Source of the DNA: Octopus vulgaris
Lineage: Eukaryota
Assembly: GCA_951406725.2 (NCBI GenBank)
Contig: OX597831.1
Coordinates: 62,062,001-62,126,000, forward strand
Direction of reading: 5' to 3'
DNA: 64,000 bases
Part shown: positions 50,063 through 63,326 of the stretch, in pieces
Layout: each line of letters begins with the position of its first letter
How positions within the stretch are numbered: position 1 is the stretch's first letter
Notes under the pieces: generated by a model
The model's input: only the letters and a program-made list of their open reading frames with translations
Told to the model about the DNA's origin: nothing
Database searches by the model: none
Position numbers and translations under genes: made by a program

Positions 50063-50867
50063 GGTATTTGTACTCACATTTCTCATATAAACCAACAGTG
50101 TCAAATAGCACCATCGTACATCAGTAGCAGATGGATATAGCCCAGCAGCTGTGATGGTTTTTCTATATGTCACATTTCTGTCTTTCTGGTATTTTTTTTT
50201 ACCGGAAACCAATGTGATAAGGCAAGATCCGTTGTTACTAATAAAATAAATCGGTGATTGGAAAATCATTGATGTCGTAATTAGTTGGACAGTTGAATAA
50301 AATTTCGTTATGTGCGACAGAATCACTATTAGTTAAAATAGTAATCTGTGTATCATACTTAATGCAGATACAGACATACACATAAATATCTACATACACA
50401 CATACATACACAACCTTAGATATGTGTGTGAAAGTGCATGTATGTACATATTACCGACTCTATATGTTGGTGGCATTAGATCCCAGTTCATCTCCGTTTC
50501 TCTTTACTATAGTACCGCTCTACTTTTTTTTCCTCCCACTATCCTTTCTGCAGATTATCTCATTTTTTATACAACTCCATTCTTCCTTATACTTCCTTGT
50601 CTGCTCACCTGAGCGCTGGCTCACTTCAGACTATTGCTGTCTCTCTCTGCATCCCTGCCTTTTTGCCTCCCACCAATATGTTTACACATTAAAAAGACTT
50701 GCCCTAATCACGTATTTCAACAATACCTCTGCTCTCTTCTTCGGGCACGACACAAGACTAACTCCTCCCAAAATAAGTGACTTAGGGGTTTATATAATTA
50801 AACTGTTTAACTGTTCTCCTTTTGAACAGTAAAAAACATTTAAAAAAAAAACTAGTGAAATATATTT

Positions 50868-51280
50868 GTGGGAGTGGCTGTGTGGTAAGTAGCTTGCTTA
50901 CCAACCGCATGATTCCGGGTTCAGTCCCACTGCGTGGCACCTTGGGCAAGTCTCTTCTACTATAGCCCCGGGCCGACCAAAGCCTTGAGTGTATTTGGTA
51001 GACGGAAACTAAAAGAAGCCCGTCGTATATATGTATATATATATATGTATGTTTATATGTGTGTGTGTTTATGTGTTTGTGTTTGTCCTCCCAACATCGC
51101 TTGACAACCGATGCTGGTGAGTTTGCGTCCCCGTAACATAGCGGTTCAGCAAAAGTGACCGATAGAATAAGTACTAGGCTTACAAAGAATAAGTCCTGGG
51201 GTCGATTTGCTCGACTAAAGGCGGTGCGCCAGCATGGCCACAGTCAAATGGCTGGAACAAGTAAAAGAGTAATAGAGTAT
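50868..51280 (+). mobile_element. SINE family A, near full length
   Basis: Matches 5860-6302. Confidence 0.9.
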
Positions 51281-51367
51281 AGAAATAAATGCCAAACTAG
51301 ATATTTAAACGTAACAATCAAGTATCAAAAATACTAGCAAATCACTTCTTTTTCTCCCCGAGATATG

Positions 51368-51571
51368 CGAGGGTGTGCTGAAAAGTTCCTGGCTTTGGAG
51401 AAACAAAAATACAGGAGAATCAGTAAATTATGATTTTATTCAACATATTCCCCTCCCTTACTGCAGCGGACCTTCAATTTTCTAAGCCCTGTTAAAGAAC
51501 TCGGCAGCTAGGGCTTCAAACCAAGCCTTTCGCGACAACCTTAAAGCCAGGTGCTTTTCAGCATCCCCTCG
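51368..51571. mobile_element. Mariner-type MITE
   Basis: TIR cgagggtgtgctgaaaagttcctggcttt / aaagccaggtgcttttcagcatcccctcg, TA on the right side. Confidence 0.8.
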
Positions 51572-52561
51572 TATTTTGCTCATTTCTCAGGAATCGAAGT
51601 ATTTGTTTTCATATTCTTTCTCATTATTCTTACACATTTTATTTATCAATAGATAAATGAACTAAGTAGGACGTACCAGTAAAAATTTGAGAATCATTTT
51701 TGCCGATTCGATGGTCAAAATTTATCCTCATTGACACGGAAAATTACTAACGATTTTTCTAATATAAACAATCTTACGAGTATGAATAGCAATTGCTCCA
51801 TGCATATTCCTTGATTCATTTTATTTTGATAGTGAAGTTAAATATTCGTGCGAAAGTTAACATCCATCCTTTACATCACATACTTCATTTTAACTAAATA
51901 ATGTAGGTTTATAAGAACTAACGAACCATTTCTTTCAGTCGGGAAAATTTGTGAAAGAGTCTATCACTGAATTAGCTATGCGGATTGCCAATAAATTATA
52001 ACTATCTGGAAATATTTCACTGAACTATATACCAGAGAATAAGTATATTAAAATAAAATCTTACCGAACACATCTTATGTCGTCTTGCTAAGACACTCAC
52101 TGACTAATAACTATTAATTCGGTCAAACGCTAAGTTTGAAATATAATTGGCCGACACGAGTATCTTTGTTAATGAGGCATATGGATCTAGAATAACAACG
52201 GAGCTGGCTATTCCTATACATTGTAGCATTGCCAAAGTTTAGAAGTAATAATCTCTGTTTGCCATGAGAAATGGCATTTTATGACAGATAATATCCGTTT
52301 GAATGTTCAGTTTCTAGTTGAACGCTTTTATACTTCAGAAATGACAGCGAGAAGAAATGAGAAACATATAGAGATCTAGCTAACGATTTCTTAATACAAC
52401 ATCAAACCTAAGTCAAATATGATCTTTTAATTACACACCAACTTAATCCATTGCCTGCTGAAAAGATATATATTTTTAACTGGAACAAAAGTTCAGTGTT
52501 AGTCATCCAACTATAATACATTACCCCAATAACTAAAAGTGTGACGAAATAAATTTTTTCT

Positions 52562-52952
52562 GGATCTTTTCGGTTTGAACGGCAGTTTTTTCTAGCGGTG
52601 CCATATGAAATTGTCACCCATAATTATGATCCTAGTATCGATCTATTGCATTTCAATCTGTTTTAGGGTTAGGGTTAGGGGTGGGAGTGGGGGGAAGGGT
52701 ATCCGTTTCGTAAACGAGGGGCATATTCATACGGTACAGAATGTTTTTTACCTCAATAGACGTCAGTGATTCGTTGAAATTGCAGAAATTGCAGAAAAAA
52801 AACAACAAATATCTTACAAACTATAGAATTTTCTTAATAAATCCAAGAGAAAATGATGTTTTATAAACAGATTCTACCATTATACGAAGTTTAAAAGTGT
52901 TTAGTTACGTGGAAATTATTTTTGAAAACTGCCGTTCAAACCGAAAAGATCC
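52562..52952. mobile_element. GGATC-TIR MITE with TTAGGG tract
   Basis: Same family and orientation as 46688-47117; degenerate TSD ttttttct/agttttct. Confidence 0.9.
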
Positions 52953-53827
52953 AGTTTTCTTAACCGAAGAATAATATGGAGGCAAAATATACATCTTAAG
53001 GAAATGTAAATAGCTTTCATAGAGTTTATTTTAGACGAACGTCTTAGTATTTTTAATGCGTACGCACCAATTGAAAGTCCGAATATCTCACATGGTACGT
53101 TTATTAGTTCATTTAACTGCAAAATATTTTAAATAAAAAAATAACATGAAGCTTTTATGAGTGTTTTATTGAATCACAAAGGAAATCTGTCCCGTTGTGA
53201 AAATGATGAGTGTTTTGAAACGAAGTAACCACTTTTGCGAAAAATTGTGGTAACTTGAAGTCATTTTTATCAATCAATTGTTGTCCTCTGCTCATTATTT
53301 TTAATTGCAATTAACCCCAGCAAATGTCTGTTCAATAGATCCCACGCAGAGTCTTAAATAATCATCGATAAATTGAGAACTATAAAGACATGTATTTATT
53401 AAGGAATATTTATTGCAAGAATCGAAAAGAAATTCTTGTAGTGTAATTCTAAACATCTTTTACGTATTCCAAATGTTTAATCGCTTTACTGAAACGACTA
53501 CAATATAGTAAAAATGGTAATTTTCTAAAATCCAAGAGACCGTGGATCTCGAATATGGAATAATTGCTTCACAAAATGGGAGAAAAGTAATTTTTCATAA
53601 GTAATAAACCATCTAAGAATTTTTATAGATATTAAACTTTGTTAGTTGGAGACAATATAAATAATTGTAACCGAAAAGGTTGTGAAGTTAGCTTCCAAAT
53701 GAATAAAGAAAACCATAGGTAACACGATTGTCTAAATGAAGATGACCGACATGTCATTTTAAATTTTTTTCAGAAATCTGTATTCGAACGATATCGGATT
53801 TACATATACTTAAAACATTGAGTTTTG

Positions 53828-54208
53828 GGATCTTTTCGGTTTGAACGGCAGTTTTTAACATAATTTCTAGGTAACTAAAAAATTAAAAACTTCGTATACT
53901 GGTAGAATGTGTTTATAAATTCTATAGTTTGTAAGATATGTGTTGTTGTTTTTTCTTCAGTTTCTGCAATTTCAACCAATCACTGACGTCTGTTGAGGTA
54001 AAAAAAAAACATTCTGTGCCGTATGAATATGTCCCTCGTTTAAGAAACAGATTATGTTTATTTACATTTGTGAAGAAAAAAGATACCCTCCTCCACCCCT
54101 AACCCTAAAACAGATTGAAATGCAATAGATCGATACTAAGGTCATAATTATGGGTGACAATTTCATATGTTATCGCTAAAGAAACTGCCGTTCAAACCGA
54201 AAAGATCC
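53828..54208. mobile_element. GGATC-TIR MITE, opposite orientation
   Basis: Same TIRs; cccctaaccctaaaa; flanking duplication agttttg. Confidence 0.9.
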
Positions 54209-57200
54209 AGTTTTGTATTACTGGCGCTATTTATAGATCTTTTTGCTAGATTACTGAGTTATATTTTCCTTTAATATTCCATATTCGTTAGCCTTATTGT
54301 GGTTTAATTTGACCCATTAAATCGAATCTCAAATAAAATAATTGAAGCTATATTAATATTCTTCAAATCATGAGATGGTTAAATCGAGAACATTTTAGTT
54401 TCATATTATTAGATCAAATAAAGATATATAAATGGTGTTTCTAGATATATATAGAATATGCATCGAATACGTTCGTTGTAACAGAAATATGTTATTCTGC
54501 AAATGGAAATTCAACCAGTTAAGGAGTCAAACTTTTCATGTAATACGTTCAATATATAACTGGTTTGCCAAATGAAGAGAATAACCTTTTAACGCCATAT
54601 AGCTATTTATTTATTTAATATGCATTGGTATTGCAAGCCGCTAATTATTCAGCAGTAGCTGTGCAGCTCATATTCAAATGCTTCCTTATCGAGCTGCAGC
54701 TGTCACCATGTGACACTGTTAATGTCGTCCATACCCCCAAAGATGAATGTGCTGGTAACAATTTCCGTTATATTCTCGGATAATAGAAATTTTAACGCAG
54801 GGTTATTAGTTAAATTAGGCATCACTAAATGGACGTATAGTCAGTTGTTACAGTATAAATCAGTACTTAGGCAGCATACGGCAGTGGCCAAATCAACGAG
54901 GCATAAAGAGAGTTGTACGGAAACTGTGAGAAGAAAAGCTTCACCTCAACTACATCAGAAATAGGTTAAGAAACACACATGTGTATCAAAATTCATATTT
55001 TCTTTTACTGGGGAATCTCATCTTCGTTGATAAGCCGAATAAAGGGAAAAGTAAAGAATGTTCTTTTACACCTTTTGTGCATATCTTATTCACCAACGAC
55101 TATAGATATCCTAAATTTCATGACCAACCTTAATTCCTTAAAACAAAATATTTTATGTCTTTATATGTGTGGTATGCTTTTAAGAATATTAACGAAGCGT
55201 CGTCTCCAGTCAATAGGCCTGATGCAGAAAGAGTTAACCCCACTAATTTAACTGAATCTTTAGTTCTGAAAGTTAAAGCTAAATTGTTATCATGTGATAT
55301 GGTTAGCATTCAATAAAAAATATATCGGTTTTTTTTCTCAGTTTAATTCCAAGGGGGAGAAATTGAAGTAGCGTATGCTTCATTTAGTTTCATTTATTTA
55401 TCTTATTCTTACTTTACAAAACCCGAACTGTTATAAAAGCAATAAAGACTAGCCACGAGCAAATGTTCTACTAGAAGCTATCAAAACAAAAGACCATTCT
55501 GTTTAAATAGGATTTTGTTTTATTTTATTACAATGTGCGCAGCCGAGTCTTAGAATACTAAAACAATAGTTGAAAAAAAGTTAAAAATAAAAAGAAAATT
55601 CACCGATAATTGTATTTAAAATTTTTTTGTATGTTGGTTTCGAAGCTGCTTCCTCTCAAATGACCCTCATAAAATTAATTAGCCATTAATATATGAAATA
55701 ACAATTTAAAATCGCCGACTGTGATAATTTTGCTGGCAACTAACGGAAAGTTAGACAAGAAATCTCTGGAATAGCAGGCGATACATGTTCATTTTTCCAT
55801 TACTATCGCTGTAATTCAACAGCACCTTCATAATCATTTTCACTAGCAGCCAATAATCTGCATTTTATCACCTCAAAATATTATACTGTTGACATAACTG
55901 TAATAAAGCAAAATTTATTAAGCTTTATATTTGAAAATGCAGTAGCTGTTATTATTATATCCGCCGGATAAACGTTATTCAGTGTTTGCTACGATGTTTA
56001 CTTTGTTTCGATGCCATGCAAAATACAGTTCTAATATTTGTTACAGCGGATGCAATATGAAGTGTAAATGTTAAAAATAAATAGTTTTCTCTCACTGATT
56101 TCTTTTTGCTGGAGGTTAGGAAAGATTACTGTCGTGGAAACGCAAAATACCGCTAGCATTTCAGCCGGATTAATACAGCACTCTATACATAATAGCTGAT
56201 TGAGTATAAGAAGCCTGTGATAATAACCAAATTTATATCAACTATATAAGCATTGTTTAGTGAGACATCAGATAGTAGAGAAGTAACAAGTATACACTTC
56301 CACTTCCTGACCGACAGAAATTCAATTCACAAGGTTCTCTAAGTATTCAGATTGGTCTCACTTATATTATAACGCCGAATCGAGAAGAGACTATCATTTA
56401 GTATAATGTGAGCTAATTTCCAGCTCAGTCATCAAAATTAGTGAGTATAAAACCTTACTGATTAATTATATCACTATTTCTTCAAACTAATAGTTGTACT
56501 GTAAATATTGCCTTCTTCTGATCAAACATTTCAAAACATTCATTGAGTGATAAAGCCTTGGAGAATAAGGAATTAGTCTCAAGATGAATGTAAAGGTTAC
56601 GGCATAGAAGCTTGGATATGTATAATAAAGATCACAAACTAAACTACTTATTTTCTTCTTGTACTAGACAGAATAAACTCTGTAATATTTATGAAACTCT
56701 GTACAAGACATAAAATGTTCGTTCTTTTTATATACCTAGTGTTCACACAATAATCATTATCTTTATCCTAAGGATGTCCAGGCATTTTTACGGCCTCCGT
56801 ACTTACAAAGAGTGTCGTTATATAAAAAAAACCTTAACAATTTACAACCAGCTTTTAAAATATTATTTTAATTTACTTCCCTGAGTAGGCGATTTCATTA
56901 CGTCAGCAAATGCATTCAATAATATAGAACGTTCTGCAGGAAAATTTTTTTTATTTTATTTGTCGATGATTTCTGACATTATAACGCTTATTTTGTCACT
57001 AATCATTTATAAAGGTCATTTAAGACACGGTAAGGATTCCTTTTAATATTCATTCAGTCGAGTTAATTGCTTTAGAAATATATAAACAAAAGACGTCGTT
57101 TAATTGAAAATAAAATCCATGCAGTTCTCTCTGTCTCGTGCCTCAAGGACATTTTTCATACAAATTTCAATCAATAAGTAGAAGAAAAACAATTTATTGT

Positions 57201-57584
57201 ATGATAATCGTATTTAAATCCTCAATCCTTCACTTTGCGGACAATAATAACATGAATGATAAACGAAATGTAATAGTGGAAATATTTGCTATGTTTAACA
57301 TTAAGACATTTCATTGGCTGCCAATGGAAATATATATCACTGCTAGTGCCGTTAACACACTCTGACCTCTAGTATTTTAAAATTATTTTATATTAATGCC
57401 TCTTATATATAGAATTTTGTTAGTAATAGGTCGCGGTTTCAAAGCGGCGAAAATGTTTTGACAAATTAAATTTAAATGTTGAAGTAAATCTAACGAGTTT
57501 TGTTTTAAATGGCTTATGCTGCAATTGTTTTTGTTTCAGCACACAATCTGAGATCAGGTCACTTGCTATGTAAGTACATTTCCG

Positions 57585-57626
<42 letters not shown>

Positions 57627-57630
<4 letters not shown>

Positions 57631-57977
57631 AGCCGAGAGATTACATAAAACTACAAATAGTTTGAAAAAATCCCTTTCGAAATAAAAACCCAATGCTGCC
57701 CCTGGGACTCGAAACCACATCTCCCGTTGACATGTGAGCCTCGAGATCCAGTATTCTCAAAAAGAATTAGTTCTTGTTTTTTCGATAATTTGTAAGATAC
57801 TTATGACATTATTACATTCACACACACACACACACAAATTCTTTTTGGGAATAGCCGATGTCGAGGCTCACATGTAAACAGATATGGGTTCGTGTCTCAG
57901 TGGCGGCATTGGACATTTTCTATCGAAAAATGTTTTTTCAACCTATTATTTATAGCTTTATGTAAGCCCCCAGCTTT
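57627..57977. repeat. Inverted pair of a repeat with a tRNA-like B box
   Basis: 57627-57768 vs 57837-57977 (acatgtgagcctcga / tcgaggctcacatgt; ccaatgctgcc / ggcggcattgg). Confidence 0.75.
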
Positions 57978-58406
57978 CAGGCTATCACCGAAAATCTTGA
58001 ATTGTAGAACATCCTGGATTCACGACAATAAAACAGTTGAATCGGTTTAGCGAAGAATAAAATATGATCCCAAAAAGAAGACAAAGAAATGCTATTTGTT
58101 TATGTACCAACTCTGCTGACAACGCAAGTTTACGTAAAAGTTCGGAAACAAAACTTGCGTAATATTTGCAGTTTTAGACATTATGTTGAGACTTCATCAG
58201 AATTGGCACAAAGTCAGAGCGTATCTTGATGTAAGTCTGATGAAGTGTCATTCTAATGTCTAAAATCACAAATATTACGTAATTTTTCACTCCGAGATTT
58301 TGCGTAAACTGGCGCAGTAAGAAGAGGCGGTACAAAAACAGTTGAAGCGGATCGTATTCGTATTTCTTTGTCATCTTATATATATCTATATATATATATA
58401 TATATA

Positions 58407-59078
58407 AAACAGGTTGCAATGTTTCACCAAAAAGGAGAATTATTGCCACTAAATGTGACTATGGTGTTAAAAGTCACCTACATTGCTAGAAATAAGAGCT
58501 AAAATGCTCTAACGATGTAGTTAACGCACATGTATGAAAACATATACTCAAACTAGACAGTAATTGTTTGAGAAATGCCGATCTAAAACCCAGAAGACTG
58601 ACGTCAGTCTCGGTAATTGTTGGACAATTATGGTCCCTGTTAACTAGAGCATGAGAGCATTTTAGTACTTATTTCCAGTATCTTAGGTGGGTTTTTTAAC
58701 ACCCTAGTCACATTTAGTTACAATTGTAATTCTCCGTTTTGGTGAAACATTGCAAACTGCTGTTTACATTGATAGTGTGTATACACATTACCGAATCGCT
58801 AAATCATCCATTAATTTGGATGACGGAAACATATATACTAATAGAGAAACAGGTCCGGAAATAGCCGAACATCGAGCTGGTCTAATTAATGGTGGCAACG
58901 GAAATTACTGAAACTGACATCAGTTGTCGGAATTCTCGGTCGGCTTTTTTCGGTCAGTTATGGTCCCTGTTAGTTCATGTTTTCATTCATGTGCCTTAAC
59001 TACAGTATAAGAGCATTTTAGCTCTTATTTCTAGTAATGTAGGTGTTTTGTAACAACCTATTCAGATTTAGTGACAAT
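58407..59078. repeat. Inverted plus tandem copies of an unclassified repeat
   Basis: 58407-58510 is the reverse complement of 58654-58765; third copy 58955-59078. Confidence 0.75.
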
Positions 59079-59079
59079 T

Positions 59080-59113
<34 letters not shown>

Positions 59114-59127
59114 GCATATATATATAT

Positions 59128-59600
59128 GAGCATTTGCGGACACTCCAGACACCAAGTATTTTGTTTCTCTACGCTTGATTGTTGCTTCGTCAATGTAATG
59201 AGATGTAGAAAATCATGTCGGGCAAACGTTAATCACACCTGCACAGCGTTAAGGAAATGCTGGAGACGCTGCATCCTCTGTGCATGTCTGTACAGCATTA
59301 GCCAAGGCATTCCCAGTCCTCCATTCAGCGGGTTCTGACCGCAGATTGACCGTCTGACGAGCGGAACACGTCTCTTCCACAGAATATGAAAACGCAAGTG
59401 CCACCCTGCTCATTACCTACCCCCAGTATTTTGTACGCCTGGCGGTCTGGACAAAACTAGACCCCAGACCTCGTGCAACGTAACAGGCCCTTCCATCTAG
59501 TGACCTACAACACTGTCGGTTGGCAGGGTCCAATTTACTCCAATACAGACACAACTGCAAACTAGTCCTAAGGTACAGTATTTCCTTTTCTGCATATCAT
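59128..59600 (-). mobile_element. Possible LINE (RTE-like) 5' fragment
   Basis: GC-richer; KILGVWSVR resembles the APE N-terminal GTWNVR motif. Confidence 0.35.
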
Positions 59601-59699
59601 CTGTCCGAAATCTAAAAAGCATGACCCAAAATTAACATGGCGAAAGATGTATATAATTTGTATTAATCGAAAAGATGTATTATATACTGAATAAATGTA

Positions 59700-60750
59700 C
59701 ATTTTGTTGCTAAGATTTTTATGCAATCCGTCAGCTGACTATTACTTTCTTCCATGTATGAGTGAATTTGAAAGGTTTGAGTTGTTATCTGACGGCGCCG
59801 TAATTGATGCAATTTTTGTGTCTTCCTTTTTCTAATGTAGTTCTTTTAGCCTTGCTATTTTGCTAGCGTTGTTGCTATATTTGTACATTTTCTGTTATTG
59901 ATTTTCTTACTTTTTTGTGTAGGGTTTTGCTGCTTAGATGTTCTATGATGTCTTTTAAAGCGTTCTGTGTTTCAGTATTGCAAGTTTGTAGATGTTTCTT
60001 TCCCCACACTTTGTTTGCTATGTTCCGTTTTGCTCATCCTCGTAGTTCCAGGGAGCGTTGGAAGGGAAAATTTGGTGTAAATAGAAAATAGAAATCGTCA
60101 TTTTCACATATCTGCCTTTGTTCTTTGTGTCTGTGCAATTCATATTCGTGACTTCTGTCTGAAAAGTTTCGAGATGATAGCGCTTGAAACTCATGTTTAC
60201 CTCTTAGTGAGACTATTCTCTTGCTGTGTTGCTGTTCTTCTTGGAGTAGATTTTGCACGCATTTTTTCTGTCTGTATTGTTTGTGGTGATGCGTCATCCA
60301 GTTTTGCAGTCGTAGCTGTTGTCATTTGTGAATTACAAATACTAGCAACGATTTTGTTCTTCTCCATACAAGAGCAGCACCATTATCGTTCTTGGTCACA
60401 GACCTACCTTTAACTACTCTTACTTTCTTCTATGATGCTAACCTCCATCCCAATTTTCATGAAACTACGTAAAATATCCTTCGCCAATACTAAAGGATTG
60501 AGCAGTTGCGGTAATTTAAATCTCATCACCAATCATTTATTTGCCCAGGCTGATTTTGCGCTGGTCTTTCACGTTCAACAGGGATGCCTACTTTTCATGC
60601 AGTTGGAAGATCCTTAAAGTTTCTGACAGATTTAACCTGGGAAAGACTCGCTATCCTAGGCATTCCAACACGAAAACTAGAACTCAACCTTGTAATATAA
60701 CAAAAACTTCATTGTGCTTTTAGTGCAATCTTTAACTCCGTATTTTAATA
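59700..60750 (-). mobile_element. Probable decayed LINE ORF1-like region
   Basis: Strand-biased A/C-rich composition like 47140-48420; no firm motif. Confidence 0.25.
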
Positions 60751-60901
60751 TTTTTGGTTAGATTAACGGAACAGTTTGAAAATTATTTATCCAAGGCTTC
60801 ATTGAGAAACAGCAATAGAGATTATAAAACATGTCGAAATCTTTGTTTATAATAAGTTCGGAAAATCGTAGTAAACTATTAGTAAATATACATCCGAAGT
60901 A

Positions 60902-61110
60902 AAGGCGGCGACCGGGCTGACTACGCCGGGCAAAATGCGTAGCGGCATTTCGTCCGTCTTTACGTTCTGAGTTCAAACTCCGCCAAGGTCGACACTAGCT
61001 TTCGTCCTTTCGGGGTCGATAAAATAACTACCAGTTAAGCTCAGTTACACTTACCAGTTAAGTGTAACCCACTTTCTCCCCTCCTCGAAATTGTTTAATT
61101 TTTTCCAAAA
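60902..61110 (+). mobile_element. SINE family B
   Basis: aaggcggcg...ttctgagttcaaactccgccaaggtcgac...cctttcggggtcgataaa. Confidence 0.85.
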
Positions 61111-62038
61111 TTTGAAACCAATATATAACTGGAGTTTTTATGTCAGCTTAAAAGAATGTAAGTTTACCCATGGTGAACCTGATTTAACTTTGCTCATTAA
61201 CCTTGTAGAAATAATAATTATAAGTGAAGCTTCTGCTACAGAAAACTCAAATAAAAATAATATATTTTTGAAATATCTGGAAAAAAAAAGTCAGAAAGTA
61301 ATTTTGTCTTTGTATTTTATTTAACAATACAGTAAATTAGTCGACTATTTTATTTTGTCAGCATAATTTTTTTCTAAAAGTGTTCTATAGTTTGATAACC
61401 CAAATACAGGAAATCAAAGGGAGAAATTGATTGAAAAGAAGTATTTGTGCACCACACTGTGACCAAACGAATTAACTACATATGACATTTGCTAAACAGT
61501 TCAGGTTATATTGAGCATATGTATGTTTTTCTTTCATTTGAAGTTCATTTAATTTGCTAATTCAAACAGAAAAGTTTGTGATGATTTCAAAGAAATTTTT
61601 GGGGTGTATAATTTGAATGAATGAAATTTAAACAAAAGTATAATATAGATGAAAGTGGAATTTTCATAGCAATCCCCAAATGTAAAGCTTCTACAAAACT
61701 GCTCACATAAACCTGTTAAAGGCTTAAATCCCGCGCAAGAATTAATCATATCATAGTGAATGAACATTATTAGTTTTGTTTCGTATGAGTATAACTCAAT
61801 CAGCTTCTTTAGCTATGGATATTAGATTTCCTTATTAGGTTCTATATGAATAAGACAACCAATTCTTTTTCTTATATCTATATTTCACTTCAAAGAATGG
61901 AGAAATGCAGATAAAGTTACCATATTTATCATTCCTATAGTTTCATGCAAGTTCACTTCTGTTAATGCAACTTCACAACGTAAGCTGCCTTGATTCAGAT
62001 ACGCTTATTTAAAACTCTGACTTGAGGAAATTGCTCGT

Positions 62039-62094
<56 letters not shown>

Positions 62095-63022
62095 ATGATG
62101 GATAGATTAATAGATAGATAGATAGATAGACAGACAGATAGATAGATGCAATTATTAGTGAATATATTAAACGGTTCAAGCCATGATGACTTCGGTAACG
62201 TCTGTAATGAAACCCATTATATGGCAGTTTTCAAAATTATAATTCCACATTCAACTGCCTAATGATAGGGAATGACAAGCGGTCATCTCCCGCTTAATCC
62301 ATTTCCTCTTGCTGGAAAATTAGCAGTTTTTCATAATGGACGTTAACGACTCTCTTAAAAGCTAGAATTAAACTAAATTTTAATTGCCTGCGAACAATAT
62401 CTTACCAATTTAACCACCACGCTTTTATCTCATTCGAAATTCTAATGATAATTTCTCGTACCATTATTTAAAAAAAATTATTAAAACCGTCTTTGTGATT
62501 ATCACTACTATAATAACAGCCGTGGCAATTTAAATAATAATAACATCTAATATCGCTATGTTCATGACATTTCATTAATAATACCTGTTGAATGAGATAT
62601 TGGTTCTGAGAGGGGGTGTATATGCCATTATGAGGTCGTGCCATCAGGGCCCGTTCAGTTTGATGTTAAACTAACACAAGAGATATCCTTGTTTCGATGC
62701 CAGAGTCAACGATAAGAGGTTTCGCCTTGCCTTTGATCCGTGCGACAACTTCAGTGTGATTGAAACGGTTATAATTAGTACATTGATAAGAAATGCATTA
62801 TCGTAGATTATGACACTCCCAACAAGATGGATGCAAATAAAATATTATCTTTGAAAATACTTGCCAAAAACACGTTGGTCGACATGATGCTTATCGAATA
62901 GCCGAACATCGAGCGGGTCTAATTAATGGTGGCTTATCGAACATAACTTGTTTTTGTTCTTCTTTTTTCATATATTTCATATTATATAATATAAATTCTA
63001 ATACCAATGAATATTCAGACGT

Positions 63023-63326
63023 ATAGCATAAATGACTCATGTCTCATGATCTGTACGAAGCATACCATTCGGATTTCTTAATCATCATTAAAAACAACTC
63101 TAGGGATTACAGAATATTATACACACATGTAAACAGGCAAAAGAAATAAATTCAAACATCAAAGGTTTCCTGTTCTGATCCGAAATCACCAGCAATGATT
63201 TGGAAACATCTAACCAATGGCGTAATATTTTGCTATTCTAGAAACATTTGAAGCGAATTTGTTACATCTTGCTACATATTGATTCAGATCTATACATCAT
63301 TTACATAATGTCTACATACTCAACTA
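63023..63326. repeat. ~300-bp direct repeat, copy 1
   Basis: Near-identical to 63700-64000. Confidence 0.95.

Noticed and set aside
52663-52680. TTAGGG as a telomere or chromosome-fusion scar
   Set aside because: Lies at the same internal position in three MITE copies
57540-57569. 30-nt microexon (tttcag|...|gtaagt, ctaac upstream)
   Set aside because: Good splice signals, but the surrounding 57422-57588 block resembles an interspersed repeat and no flanking gene is evident; needs RNA-seq
59354-59375. CTGACGA as a hammerhead core
   Set aside because: No proper stem II-GAAA or stem I pairing follows
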